64,000 bases of DNA from the IMG/VR virus record IMGVR_UViG_3300050821_001955; one strand, written 5' to 3'. Shown in pieces: positions 17,514 to 28,287 of this stretch. Under the pieces are notes generated by a model that was not told the origin of the DNA, ran no database searches, and was given only the letters and a program-made list of their open reading frames with translations. Each line of letters starts with the position of its first letter. The first letter of the stretch is position 1. Both the position numbers and the translations under genes were made by a program. The stretch comes from an uncultured virus (IMG/VR IMGVR_UViG_3300050821_001955) (taxonomy: Duplodnaviria > Heunggongvirae > Uroviricota > Caudoviricetes).

Positions 17514-17882
17514 CTAGTACCGATCTTCTAATCTAAGTCCAGCAGCAAGAGCATCTGCCATTTTATCTACAATCTTACCGCGTCGCTCTCCCGTAGTTGC
17601 TTTTTCTACAGCTTCCGTTATCATTTTACGAACTTCACTAAGTATTCCGCTGTCCTTACTAATTTCCGATTGTAAGATTTTATTCGCTTCAATTTTTAGA
17701 GCCTCATCAAAGGCTATCTGAAGAGGGGTTATTCCCCTATCCCAATCATTTTTACTAGGAACTAAGAGATAGCGGATAGCTTCTTTTATGAGAGTGTCTC
17801 TGTTCTCCGATGTCACTGTTTGTAATACCGCAGCACCTACCATAGCTCCCCATTGCTCTTGAGGAATAGTAATCTGAGTCAT
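17514..17882 (-). CDS. Hypothetical protein
   Basis: ORF in operon. Confidence 0.55.
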   Translation of the reverse strand: MTQITIPQEQWGAMVGAAVLQTVTSENRDTLIKEAIRYLLVPSKNDWDRGITPLQIAFDEALKIEANKILQSEISKDSGILSEVRKMITEAVEKATTGERRGKIVDKMADALAAGLRLEDRY

Positions 17883-18058
17883 AATTTCTTTCTTGTTAAA
17901 AGCCAGACATCATTAAATCAATCACTAGTCCCGCGATTCTAGTCTCTCTAAGCTTTCGAGAGTCTTTATACGTTGCTACTAAATAGCAATATTCTCTAGT
18001 AGGGCACCACCAAGGCCCACGGACTTTATCGTAAGGGAAGTAGATTAGAACGTCCATA

Positions 18059-18451
18059 CTACACCTTTACTAGCTTGAGATTAGGGGGAGGAGGAAATTT
18101 ACTAGGATCATCGTGAGAGTCTTCCGGAGCTATATCCCTCTCGGCTTCCGGAATCGCTAGGAGCTTCTTAAGATAACCTTTTAGACTCTCCCACTCTTTA
18201 GGAGTAGTCTCCCGCCATTCATGTTCTCTTTCTTTCTCATACGCTCCTGGTAGTTCCATACTATCTAGACATGCTTGTATACAATCGTCATCTATGTTAG
18301 TATCTTCAAACACAACATGGCCCGGACCAAAGTGAGTTAAGGATTCTCCTAACTCTTCTTCCGCTTCTTGAAATATCTTAGCTACCGCTTCTGGTACTCC
18401 CCAATAACAATACCAACACATGTTATTTAAGCTCCGAGAATAGAGTATCAC
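18059..18451 (-). CDS. Hypothetical protein
   Basis: CWYC, GPGHVVFED motif. Confidence 0.5.
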   Translation of the reverse strand: MILYSRSLNNMCWYCYWGVPEAVAKIFQEAEEELGESLTHFGPGHVVFEDTNIDDDCIQACLDSMELPGAYEKEREHEWRETTPKEWESLKGYLKKLLAIPEAERDIAPEDSHDDPSKFPPPPNLKLVKV

Positions 18452-19631
18452 GTCGAACGAGTCCTACAGTACTCCCAGTGAGTAGATACTCATCAATAGG
18501 GGTAGAGACATTCTCTGCGAGCGGATTGTATATGCCAAACGGAGTACGGTAGTGACGGAGTCTATGATTAGGAAATACTACTTCTCTTTCTCCGTAACAA
18601 AAGGTATTTTCTTCTTTCCTAAAACACCATTCCCACCATTCGTAGTCGTCTAGTAAGTTGTCTAAGCAAGGGTTCATAAACTCTGTCTTAAACTTACTAA
18701 CATCGCTAATCATCAAGTCAACGTTCCATCTCATGAAGAAGTAGGCCGGATCTTCTCGGATGTACTCCGCTAGCCGGTTATAGAATTCTTGCTTAGTCTC
18801 TGGGGGGATATTCTTAGACCCCTTCTTTTGTACTATTGAGCCTTTTCCACCGCTGAGGGGTCTGCGTATGCAATTATATCTCACTTGATTAAACGGTACT
18901 CCATCCGATTCCTTACTCAATGGACCGTTTTCTTTGATATATTCCTCTAAAGCTACTACGTAGAACATCACTTGAAGATCGAACAGCAAGTTCCTTTGAA
19001 TCATTGCTTCGTTTAGGTCACCCTTACTTTTGTTCTCCATGAGTACAATTCGAGAGCGTTTCTTATCCGTAACTAAATCGACACTATCCATTTTACCGCG
19101 TAGATAAGCTGTTCGACCGGACGGAAGTACGTAGGGTATACAGAACATCTTCTCTTGGAGTAGCGGAGTACGTTTAGTAATATCTGGATGCTTTTTCCAA
19201 AAGTCAACGTAGAGGGGGAACTGTAATCTACAAACGTTCATCCACTTCTCTATCTCTTCTTGTTGGAGCATGTATTTTCGGCAGAGTCCTCTACAAGCAT
19301 CTACTAGAGGCTTTTCCCAATCTTCTCCTCTAGCAAAATGCTCCTCGCAGATATGCCAGAGCGAACCATAGTCCATACTTTTGTTAAAGCGTTCTTCCTC
19401 TCCTAGTCCTTCTACAACGTTAATTCGGAACCGCTCTTTACAAACGATGTATCCGCTCAATAGAGATTGAGTTATTCCTCCGTTAGGGGTATTAGAGCAA
19501 GGGCCATCCCATAGTGGATGAGTACGAGATTTATTCGTTACCTCTTTGAGCTTAGAAGCTAGTCCGGCTTTTTTCGTAATGACTTTAGGCATCTTATTCC
19601 TTTCCGTGAAATAAAAACGCCGATTACTCAA
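18423..19631 (-). CDS. PD-(D/E)xK exonuclease (RecB/Cas4-like; likely start 19592)
   Basis: GS.WH, LRGKMDSV, LMENKSK, Q..FY motifs. Confidence 0.8.
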   Translation of the reverse strand: MSNRRFYFTERNKMPKVITKKAGLASKLKEVTNKSRTHPLWDGPCSNTPNGGITQSLLSGYIVCKERFRINVVEGLGEEERFNKSMDYGSLWHICEEHFARGEDWEKPLVDACRGLCRKYMLQQEEIEKWMNVCRLQFPLYVDFWKKHPDITKRTPLLQEKMFCIPYVLPSGRTAYLRGKMDSVDLVTDKKRSRIVLMENKSKGDLNEAMIQRNLLFDLQVMFYVVALEEYIKENGPLSKESDGVPFNQVRYNCIRRPLSGGKGSIVQKKGSKNIPPETKQEFYNRLAEYIREDPAYFFMRWNVDLMISDVSKFKTEFMNPCLDNLLDDYEWWEWCFRKEENTFCYGEREVVFPNHRLRHYRTPFGIYNPLAENVSTPIDEYLLTGSTVGLVRRDTLFSELK

Positions 19632-19664
19632 AAATCCGTTTCAAATAATCGGCTAGGTTACTAA

Positions 19665-19817
19665 CTACTCTTCATCCTCTTCGCTGTCTTCGTCCATGTC
19701 CTCGTCATCCTCAAATTCGTCATCATCGAACTCATCATCCATATCTTCAAAATCTTCGTCGTCCGATCCGTCATAATAATCGTCAGGAGGGTCTGGTACA
19801 ACATCTCCGCTAGACAT
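19665..19817 (-). CDS. 50-aa hyperacidic protein (not in ORF track)
   Basis: MSSGDVVPDPPDDYYDGSDDEDFEDMDDEFDDDEFEDDEDMDEDSEEDEE; AAGGAG RBS. Confidence 0.65.
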   Translation of the reverse strand: MSSGDVVPDPPDDYYDGSDDEDFEDMDDEFDDDEFEDDEDMDEDSEEDEE

Positions 19818-19859
19818 AGTTGCTCCTTAGAGGTTAGAAAAGGGAAAGAACTATTATAC

Positions 19860-20027
19860 CTACTTACTAGACGTAATTTCTATAAGAGTAGCTAGCTTTC
19901 TACATCCGCAACATCGGTTATCTAAGGGAAGATACCAATGGATAGCGTTACAACGTTTGCACTTCCACTTTCGCGGATTAGAGAGACTTGTCTTAGGAGT
20001 TAGTTTTGGTTTAGGAGCTTGGACCAC
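19860..20027 (-). CDS. Small zinc-ribbon protein, GTG start (not in ORF track)
   Basis: MVQAPKPKL...WKCKRC...RCCGC. Confidence 0.5.
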   Translation of the reverse strand: MVQAPKPKLTPKTSLSNPRKWKCKRCNAIHWYLPLDNRCCGCRKLATLIEITSSK

Positions 20028-20034
20028 GGTACAC

Positions 20035-20592
20035 CTAGAATGGGACTAGCTCATCTACACTATCACGTAGAGTAACTACGTTCTTTTGGTACATAAGACC
20101 CCTCTGAGTCACATCGGCTTGAAGAATCGCTGACGGATGAATTATGGAAACGTACTTATATTTTCCGTCAAAATCCTCTAGGGATGTAGAGACGTTTTGT
20201 TCTGAGAGCTTACCAACGGCTACTACAAGCTGAGGCTGAGCTATCTCTACAAACTCTTTAAGCCTAGGAGCACAAGCCTTAATATAAGCCGGGTCAATTC
20301 CCTTGGACTTATCTCCTTTGTACTCTATTGGGAAGCAAGAGATAATGTTAGTAAAAGCTAGTCTCCAATCTTTAGGAATCGACTGAGCTATCATTCTATC
20401 TAGCATATGACCCGCTGGACCTTGAAATGGTTTACCTATTACGTCCTCTGAAGCTCCCGGTGATTCTCCGCAAAACAAAATATCGCAAGGAAGCTTACCA
20501 CGAGCCAAGACGACTTTTTGCCTAGTCTTGAATAGCTCGCATCTCTCGCAGTCATGCCATCTAGCTACGTGGAGTTGGTATTGAGAGGGCAT
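20035..20592 (-). CDS. Uracil-DNA glycosylase family 4-like protein
   Basis: CERCEL, GESPG..ED..GKPF.GPAG, TNIISCFP, C, HPS. Confidence 0.9.
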   Translation of the reverse strand: MPSQYQLHVARWHDCERCELFKTRQKVVLARGKLPCDILFCGESPGASEDVIGKPFQGPAGHMLDRMIAQSIPKDWRLAFTNIISCFPIEYKGDKSKGIDPAYIKACAPRLKEFVEIAQPQLVVAVGKLSEQNVSTSLEDFDGKYKYVSIIHPSAILQADVTQRGLMYQKNVVTLRDSVDELVPF

Positions 20593-20594
20593 CG

Positions 20595-20885
20595 CTAGTA
20601 TCCAATCTCGTTACAAATAACTTGATAGTCTGCTACGACGGATTTAGCGATACTAATAGCATCTTGTAGCTTTTGTTGAAGAGCTTCTCCCGTTTCTCCT
20701 CCCGGATAGATACCGATTCGAGAGAGTTGTTCTACCGCTACTTCCGCGTGAACTAGACACTCAAAGAAACGATGGACGGTTCTTTTAGAATCGACTACGC
20801 TAGGAACCTTTTTAGACACGACGGGTTCGGGAGGAATTGGTTCAGACTTAACTACTGTCTTTTTCTTAGTGACTACTTTCGGCAT
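20595..20885 (-). CDS. Hypothetical protein
   Basis: ORF with RBS. Confidence 0.55.
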   Translation of the reverse strand: MPKVVTKKKTVVKSEPIPPEPVVSKKVPSVVDSKRTVHRFFECLVHAEVAVEQLSRIGIYPGGETGEALQQKLQDAISIAKSVVADYQVICNEIGY

Positions 20886-20895
20886 TCCGTGCTCC

Positions 20896-21405
20896 TTAAG
20901 TGTTTAGAGGATTAAAAGGTCCGGTAGTATAACTATTATAGTTCTCTTTTTGAGGCATAGGAATCGTAGCGGGTTTTTTGTCTACTTCCGTATCGAAGAA
21001 TTCGATTACTGTAGGATGAATCCGAACACTACCTAGAAACTTTCCTTTTCCCTCTCGATTCTGCCTCCTTTGTTCTTCCGTCTCTCTATCCTTATCGGAT
21101 ATTTCTCTAAACCCTAAACCTTTCGGATACATAGTGCCCTTAGTATCTAGCTCTTGTATGATGATATGACTAGACGCTAGTGCTAGTAGCCCGTCTATCA
21201 ATCTCCCTTCGGACGGATTTATGTAGTAAAGTCTTTTACAAGAACACCCTAAGAGAATTGTACTAGCTTTATCATCTTGGACTACTACTAAGGTATGTCT
21301 ATTATAGTCTCTCTTCCAACAGATTATATAAGTAACGTGAAGAGTTACTCTAACGCATCCCCAAAGTAGTCTAGTACAAGCTCCTAAGAATTGAAAGAAA
21401 GTCAT
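20896..21405 (-). CDS. Hypothetical protein
   Basis: ORF coupled to neighbours. Confidence 0.5.
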   Translation of the reverse strand: MTFFQFLGACTRLLWGCVRVTLHVTYIICWKRDYNRHTLVVVQDDKASTILLGCSCKRLYYINPSEGRLIDGLLALASSHIIIQELDTKGTMYPKGLGFREISDKDRETEEQRRQNREGKGKFLGSVRIHPTVIEFFDTEVDKKPATIPMPQKENYNSYTTGPFNPLNT

Positions 21406-21938
21406 TTTCCTCCTCCGTATTTGAGTCTACAATAGAACGCTAAAAGAAGAGCATCGCAGACCGCTAGTTGCCTACCTTTGTATCCAATAGTCTTATCTTT
21501 CCATAAGTCAAGAGTAGGGAATAGAGCTTGAGCTTTTTCTCGTAGTTGGTTCTTTCCGTCCGCTTTATTCATATCTTTACGTTTGTTAAATATCCCTAGG
21601 GATTTCATCCACTCCTGGGGTGAGGCGTCCATAAAAGGAGTTTGAGAAGCGGTAAGACACCCCCTTAAAAAACCTACTCCACGCCCAAAGGTAAACCCGG
21701 ATTGAGCGGATTGTTGAGGCATACTATGCACCCGCTCTAGTACCGCGAATCTATTTTGAGGTAAGTGTTCAAACCATTGCCATATGTCTAGTTCCGTCTC
21801 CGGCATCGGTTGGTAATGGGCTCTACCGTTTAGAATATAAGTTAGTCCGCCTTTTTGGCCTGGATCTATGCCTAAAAATGCTACGCCTATCTCTTCCTCT
21901 CTTACATCTAGTCTTTTTTGAGTTATGATCTTAGGCAC
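21402..21938 (-). CDS. RuvC-like Holliday junction resolvase
   Basis: LGIDPG, LERV, FTFG, PQEW, DALLLA. Confidence 0.85.
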   Translation of the reverse strand: MPKIITQKRLDVREEEIGVAFLGIDPGQKGGLTYILNGRAHYQPMPETELDIWQWFEHLPQNRFAVLERVHSMPQQSAQSGFTFGRGVGFLRGCLTASQTPFMDASPQEWMKSLGIFNKRKDMNKADGKNQLREKAQALFPTLDLWKDKTIGYKGRQLAVCDALLLAFYCRLKYGGGK

Positions 21939-22419
21939 TTTTCCTCCGTGTCTTCTTCGCTTTAGTAGCGATTACGGTAATCCATCCTTCTCCGGTTTGT
22001 ATAGAGACTTTGTAACCGTTCTCACTAGCCCAATTTCTACACTGTTGGCTTACTCCGTGGTCTTGACAGGTATAGTCCTTACCCCGGACTAGTTTGAACT
22101 TACCTTTCTCAAACCAGGTTTTCCAAGCGTATGGCTTTTTCTTTTTGATAGACATTTAGTTCTCCGATAGATCGCTCCTTTCCATGAAGCTAGGAATTAG
22201 TTTACGCGAGTCTCTAATATAACCGCTCTCGGATCGTATAACTAGCGACCATCTTTTTCAAACCCTTGTCGTTTCTTAAAGATCAAGTAGAGTCCTGTTC
22301 TTTCCGGAGTTACTATTACATTTACGTACTCATACCCCTCACTATATATCACATTTATTTCCCTCTCATAGTTACTAGCTCCGTTACAAGATTGATGCAT
22401 CTCAACTACTTTGTAAGGA

Positions 22420-23220
22420 CTATCCATTACTTATCCCTCCTACCTCTAAAAACATATCTGCTAACTCAAAGGCTTTTTCTACTAGCCATCTACGATTGTA
22501 AGTCTCGTCAAAGATACCGAATTTTATGATGAGTGCGGCTAAATTGCTCTTAGCTATCTCCTCTCGCTTAGTAAGAGGGGATTCGGTACTTAGATACATA
22601 GGAGCGGTAGGAAACGGTTGAGAAGAGACTACAGTACGTCTATGACCTTTCATATATTCTTCTAGATCATTCTCCTCTTTTACCTTTCTCCCCGTTTGTA
22701 GATTCACCGTATCAATAGTCTCTTTTTCTCCTTCCGCATTAGCTACTACAAACTTCTCCGGACGTTTATTGCTTTGAGGACATACGAGGTAATTTTCTTC
22801 TGCTTTATGATGTAGATAGAACAACCCTTCTCTGTCTAAGGAGATTAGTCGATTACATAGATTACAAACTAGTTCTTTCGGATAAGAAGCCTTTTCGTTA
22901 GTATGTAGATCGTCTAGTATCTCTTTTAGATATTCTCCCCAAATCTCTACAAAACCGCATAGAGAGTAGCCGATGTCTTGATAGAATTGTACTACTAGCT
23001 CTGTTTCTACATCCCCTCTTTGACAAGCTATAAGTAGCTCATTAAAATCAATCCTATCTCCTACCCATCTAGCAAACTTAGTCTGTTTAAATCGAAATAC
23101 ACTAGTGTCTTCTTCTCCCATATCCTCCTCAAATAGAGCATCTGGAAAAGCCTCTACTATATTCCAATAATAATTCTCTACAAGTCTTGGATCGTTTCTC
23201 GGTAGGTCTTTAAGCATCAT
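22420..23220 (-). CDS. Hypothetical multidomain protein
   Basis: ORF; FYQ.IGYSLCGF and LT.RE..A....A...A...AD segments. Confidence 0.55.
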   Translation of the reverse strand: MMLKDLPRNDPRLVENYYWNIVEAFPDALFEEDMGEEDTSVFRFKQTKFARWVGDRIDFNELLIACQRGDVETELVVQFYQDIGYSLCGFVEIWGEYLKEILDDLHTNEKASYPKELVCNLCNRLISLDREGLFYLHHKAEENYLVCPQSNKRPEKFVVANAEGEKETIDTVNLQTGRKVKEENDLEEYMKGHRRTVVSSQPFPTAPMYLSTESPLTKREEIAKSNLAALIIKFGIFDETYNRRWLVEKAFELADMFLEVGGISNG

Positions 23221-24269
23221 CTTCCTTTCTCAATCTCTTAAGTCCGGTAGCTAAGCATTGAGCTACATTAAACATTCTAGACTCCGCTGCTTTCTGTTCC
23301 ATCTCCTCTAAGTATCTCTCAAGTAGTTCCGGAGGTAAGGCTATCTGCTCTCTTGAATAACCTCTACCGCTATAAGTAGGTACTATTCCCATGGCTCGCT
23401 CCTAATCTCTATACAATCTGTTAATGTCTTTTCCAAATGAAAAGTTAAACTCCCTACCTAGCCAATAGACTCTAAATCCTTTCATATTCCAATGAGGGTC
23501 ATAATAAGTTCTATGAACTCTCGGAATAATACGATAAATACAGTATCCCCCGTCACAGAACACCCGAAAGTAAGTAGCCCAAATAATCCTCTTACCATGA
23601 AGAAAGTTAAATGGTCTCATGTTCTACCCAATAGCTAGGGTGTTCTCGGTTTAGTACCTTCAACTCTTCAATAGTCTTCTCTACCGTTCCCGCCGTTTTA
23701 AAGTCGTCACAATAGAAAATACCGTTCCAACAAGTAGCGGTTAGACACTTAGAACAAACAGTAACGGTCTTTTGTTTAGTCTCAACCATTTTAGTCCCAT
23801 AACCCTTCGTGCGATTCCTCTTTAAACCACTTGTCTGCTAACTCTTTTTCCTTCTTACTCATAAAGGAGTAGACGTCTCTCACCCTTTTATGTCTCTCAT
23901 CTACTAGTAGTTGTCTAACCTTAATACTAGATCCCCAAGACCAGGTAATAGGAGCTAGCAACTCTTTAAGAGATTTTGTTCTACTCATCTTTCAAAGCCT
24001 CCTTAGCTATCTCCGTAATCTTTTGAACGATGTCGTATCTCGCCATCTCCCTATCCGCTAACATCTCATCGAGTACGTTAGCGATTACTGCGTACCCTTC
24101 CTCTAGCTTCTTAATCCTTTGCCAGAACTCAAACTCAACATTATTAGGTATCTCATTTATAGGAGTAGCTACCTTTCCATACCGTAAGAGAGTATGAGTA
24201 CCATCTGGATTCTCTAGAATAGTGTATTTCATTTAGTCTCCTTTTTCGTTAGAGTCTCTCGATACGTAA

Positions 24270-24282
24270 GTAGTATAACTAC
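24270..24282. promoter_or_regulatory. Palindromic motif GTAGTATAACTAC (copy 2)
   Basis: Exact intergenic repeat. Confidence 0.65.
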
Positions 24283-24706
24283 TTCGGAAGCTCTCCGATA
24301 GAAGCTCCCGGTACGGTTTCCTGAGAAGAAATCTATAAGCCAATTTCTCTATCAAATAAATCCCACTCATTCGCTATCTCTGCTAGTTCTTTAGCACACT
24401 GGTCTAAGATTCTATGTTGTCCTTCGTTGAGGTTTATACCGCAGTGCTTTAGGAAATTGTTTATTTCAGGAGAATCTTGCTTAAGCATTTTGAGGACTTT
24501 GGCTAGATTTCGTAGAGACTCAGAAGTTATGGGTTGTTCTTCATATCTACTATCACTTACTTGACAACTACGGGCTACAGCCCTTCTCGTTGCTATAGAG
24601 AGCAGAGCGATTAACCTTTCATCTAGTATGTAGGTCATAGCTATCCTTTCAGTTAGAGTTCCTATGTACGTACTTTCTCCGCGAAACGTAAAAATAGTCT
24701 GGACGC

Positions 24707-25228
24707 CTATACGAAAGTAAGAAGAGAACCGCACTGCTCGCAAACGGTCCAACGTTGAGAAACTGCGCATCCGCAAGTACAGCGTTGTCTAGCTCTGGAA
24801 CCGTCCGGGTTACGTACTCTACCTTTCGGGAGTACAACTATGGGTCTACTTGGCTCTGGCTTACGCTTTTGAGGGGGAGGCTTTTTTACGGGGATAACCG
24901 GAGGCATTTTCTCAATAGCCTCTCGAATGATAGAGAGTATCTCCGAACGGCTATCAGTCTTTATCATCCTTTCCGCTATGTAAAGGGCGACATCTAACGA
25001 GTGTCCTTTTTCGGAGAACAACCTGTCTCCTCTAGGTATTTGAACTATTAAGCGTTTAGTACCTACCCAATATTCAATATACTTTCCTTGTATCTCCGTT
25101 CTTAGCTGTACTTGCTTTATCTCAGGTTGATAAAACCATTCCAACCCTACTTTCTCTGCTACTACCCTACATTCGTTTAGTTCTCTCTCAAGCTTCTCTC
25201 GTTTTGTCTCTACTCTCTCCTTTTCCAT
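24707..25228 (-). CDS. Hypothetical protein with C-terminal zinc ribbon
   Basis: CTCG...CEQCG; AAGGAA RBS; first gene of the leftward block. Confidence 0.6.
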   Translation of the reverse strand: MEKERVETKREKLERELNECRVVAEKVGLEWFYQPEIKQVQLRTEIQGKYIEYWVGTKRLIVQIPRGDRLFSEKGHSLDVALYIAERMIKTDSRSEILSIIREAIEKMPPVIPVKKPPPQKRKPEPSRPIVVLPKGRVRNPDGSRARQRCTCGCAVSQRWTVCEQCGSLLTFV

Positions 25229-26014
25229 AGTTAGTTCCTTTACAGTAAGTTTCTATTGAGTAGTCGCCTATACTCTCTCCTATTTTCCCTTAACCCCTCT
25301 ACTCTCTTTTTACACTTACTCTCTATTGTATATAGGAGTTATTAAGCTCTTTAGAGGTATAGTAGGTATATATTACCTCGCAAATAACATAGCCCCCCTC
25401 CCCCGTCACTCAAAATTAAAGAGGACAGTTGGATAAGGCTAGTATTGCGAGGTAAGGTTGATTCAAAGATCGTTACCTCGGTCCTGCTGTTCCGGTCAAC
25501 CACCTAAGTGCTTACCGAACATATCCCCCAATGAGAATCTAGTTCATAACTCATTTTCGTAGGCCGTCTCAAACGGGTCACTACAGTTATGACTAAGTTT
25601 CCCCTATCAATGGAGAGCGGGAAAAGGACTTTTCCCTAACATAGCGAGAGCTATCGTAACCGATCCTAAAATAAAAAGCTAGACCCCCCTATCTTAAATC
25701 CTTTCGTTCGGATATTATTTATTTCGGACGTGGCTTCGATTTCCCTTGGAGCCTGCCTCTTGAACCCGCTTCCCCCCTGACATAGCAATCATAAGTGGGA
25801 GCGGGTTCTTTCTTTTCTTTTTTCTCGTAAAGAGCCTCTCTACCGCGTTCTCTCCGAAAGACGATCGATTCCCCGTCTTTACCCGTTCCGACGCTTCCTA
25901 AGCGATCGTAGAGCGTTTTAGAGGGGTTAAACGACGGTCTTTACCGGAGTCTCCGAAGTATTTCGAGAAAATCTTAGAATTCCGGTTCCGTTCCCTTCCG
26001 CTCCGATTCTCTCG

Positions 26015-26027
26015 GTAGTATAACTAC
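26015..26027. promoter_or_regulatory. Palindromic motif GTAGTATAACTAC (copy 3) overlapping a putative -10 TATAAC
   Basis: Exact repeat upstream of the first rightward gene. Confidence 0.65.
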
Positions 26028-26078
26028 GAAAATCGTTCGTATAACTATCGTGTTTCTCAAATACAAGGAGAGCGAGCA

Positions 26079-26351
26079 ATGGAACAGAGGATTTGGAAGT
26101 TTGAATTAGAGATAGCAGATATACAACGAATAGATATGCCAGAGGGAGCTAAGATTCTAAGCATTCAGTTACAAAATGGTAGGCTCTGTCTTTGGGCTTT
26201 AGTAGCTCGCTTTGCTTCTCCTGAAATACGGGAGATTGAAATTATAGGAACGGGAAATCCTATAATGCCTCTTGAGGATGGATTGAAACGAGAGTTTATT
26301 GGGACCGTACAACAAGGCCAGTTCGTTTGGCATATCTTTGAACTCAAATAG
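26079..26351 (+). CDS. Conserved phage protein
   Basis: IWKF.L...MP.GA.ILS.Q.Q...LWA.V...GTG...IGTVQ...VWH.FE pattern common in phage genomes. Confidence 0.65.
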   Translation: MEQRIWKFELEIADIQRIDMPEGAKILSIQLQNGRLCLWALVARFASPEIREIEIIGTGNPIMPLEDGLKREFIGTVQQGQFVWHIFELK

Positions 26352-26353
26352 TA

Positions 26354-26629
26354 GTGATAGACGTTTCTAGTAGTTCCAGTATTCAAGGAGCGTGTACTGT
26401 GGTAAGATCATGTAGGCTATCGTCCGAAGTTTCCGAGTCGTTTGAGTCCGAGTATAGAAGAGAAAGGAGACACCCGTTTGATGAGATGATAAACTTAGAA
26501 GGTATCGATCTAAAACACAACGAACGAAAAGCACGTCGAAAAAAGCAACTCGCTAACTCTTCTCCCCCTCCCCCGATTCCCATCCCCTACGTCCCTAAAG
26601 CTCTGCCATCTCGCGGGCGTCTGCTCTAA
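26354..26629 (+). CDS. Hypothetical protein
   Basis: ORF in rightward operon. Confidence 0.45.
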   Translation: MIDVSSSSSIQGACTVVRSCRLSSEVSESFESEYRRERRHPFDEMINLEGIDLKHNERKARRKKQLANSSPPPPIPIPYVPKALPSRGRLL

Positions 26630-26688
26630 TTCTTAGAGTAGCTTTCAGTTTTTAATTCGATCAAATACTCTATAGATAGGAACTCATC

Positions 26689-28188
26689 ATGGTAAAAGTC
26701 CAAGCTTCAAAGCCTACTAAAAAGACTCCCCCTAAGAAAGTAGTTCTCTCCTCTACAACGGTAGAAGCTCAGAACGGTAGAGAAATGCTCTACCCAGAAA
26801 TACGAGTAGACCTAAGAACCGGGGATAACGCTCTGACAGTTCAAGAGGCTAAGGATCTACTCGGTTGGTCGGAAGGTCCGGGAGACTCTAAAACCGGATG
26901 TCTATTGAAAGATCGCTACGGGAAAGCGATATGGTGTCTCAATAATATTCCGAACCGTCCGCTTACGATGGGAGACGTAGAGACTCTAGTACAAGAGCAT
27001 CTTAGACGCAGATGGGTCTTCAACTTTGAAACTATCATTGTAGGTAAATCGGGACGTATATTGAACGGCCAGCACTCCCTTATCTCTCTCATACTCGCTA
27101 GCCAGGACTGGGAGAAAGATAAGGACAAGTACGAAGGAGTTTGGGACGTAGAACCGACTATGGAAAAGTTGATTGGATTCGGATGCTCGGAAGATTCTAA
27201 GACGATTAATACTATGGACACTTGTAAAGCACGTACTTTCGCTCACGTAGTCTTTATGTCTCCGTTTCTCGAAAAGGTAAAAGGCACAGCTAAGCGTAAC
27301 AAGATCGCTAAGGTCTGTGAGTATGCTCTCCGTCTCTTATGGGAGAGGACCGGAACCGGGAACGAGATTAAGAAGCGTACTCACGCTGAGTCTTTCGCTT
27401 TCTTAGAGAATCATCCCCGTCTTATTCAATGTGTTCTCCACGTGATAGAAGAGAACGGAGAAGGTACGGAGAAAGACGCTAAGGGAAATCCGATTGATAA
27501 GAACAAGATCAGCCGTTATCTCGCTCTAGGTAGTGCGGCCGGGATGATGTATCTCATGGGTTCGGGAGCTACGGAGATAGAAGCTTACAAAGCGAACCCG
27601 CGTGAAGAGTCTCTCGATTGGGAGCTATGGGAACAAGCTCAAGACTTTTTCGTTGAGATTGCTAGCGGATCTAAGAAGGTATCCGGACTCGATAAGACGG
27701 TGAAAGAGCTTCTCTCCTCTCGCGGTAGCCTCTCCCTCTCGGAACGCAAAGCCTTACTAGCAAAATCATGGATACAGTATCTCGAATCGGGAGAGGTTGG
27801 ACCGATTAAGCTCAAATTCGCGGAGAATGAGTACGGAGCGAGCGTACTTAGCGAAACACCCCTTGTCGGCGGAATAGATTGCGGATCGGGTAAGGATGAT
27901 GCTGTTCCCCCGTCGCCTAAAGAAATTGCCGAACGTGCTGAGGCGATAAGAGCGGAGAAGGAAGCTAAGGCTAAGAGCAAACCGGCAAAGGGGAAGAAGG
28001 GTAAACCCGCTATCGGAGATAAGGTGTGGATCGATGATCCCGATGAAGGAGGCTACTGGTTTGGAACTATTATTGAATTTTATGACGCTAGAGGAAAGTC
28101 TGTAGCTAAAATAGATACCGGGGACGGAGTGTTTGACGCCCCCGTTGCGAATCTGCTCCTCACGAAGCCAGACGACATCGACGAGTAG
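26689..28188 (+). CDS. ParB/Srx-like N-terminal domain protein with C-terminal SH3/Tudor-like domain
   Basis: NRPL...W.FNFETII....G.ILNGQH.L; C-terminal IGDKVWI...YWFGTI. Confidence 0.6.
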   Translation: MVKVQASKPTKKTPPKKVVLSSTTVEAQNGREMLYPEIRVDLRTGDNALTVQEAKDLLGWSEGPGDSKTGCLLKDRYGKAIWCLNNIPNRPLTMGDVETLVQEHLRRRWVFNFETIIVGKSGRILNGQHSLISLILASQDWEKDKDKYEGVWDVEPTMEKLIGFGCSEDSKTINTMDTCKARTFAHVVFMSPFLEKVKGTAKRNKIAKVCEYALRLLWERTGTGNEIKKRTHAESFAFLENHPRLIQCVLHVIEENGEGTEKDAKGNPIDKNKISRYLALGSAAGMMYLMGSGATEIEAYKANPREESLDWELWEQAQDFFVEIASGSKKVSGLDKTVKELLSSRGSLSLSERKALLAKSWIQYLESGEVGPIKLKFAENEYGASVLSETPLVGGIDCGSGKDDAVPPSPKEIAERAEAIRAEKEAKAKSKPAKGKKGKPAIGDKVWIDDPDEGGYWFGTIIEFYDARGKSVAKIDTGDGVFDAPVANLLLTKPDDIDE

Positions 28189-28212
28189 ACTCCTCTCCCG
28201 TTCGTGTCGATT

Positions 28213-28247
28213 ACCCGCCCGGTCCTTCCGGAGCGGGTTTTCTTTTT
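28213..28247 (+). terminator. Intrinsic terminator
   Basis: acccgcccgg-tcctt-ccggagcgggt followed by a T-tract. Confidence 0.7.
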
Positions 28248-28287
28248 GAAAAATCCGAACGGAATTCCAAAATAGTTGTAACCTGTT

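Noticed and set aside
18423..19631. Cas4-like nuclease as evidence of a CRISPR system
   Set aside because: No array or other cas genes; its context with Sak4 indicates a recombination exonuclease.
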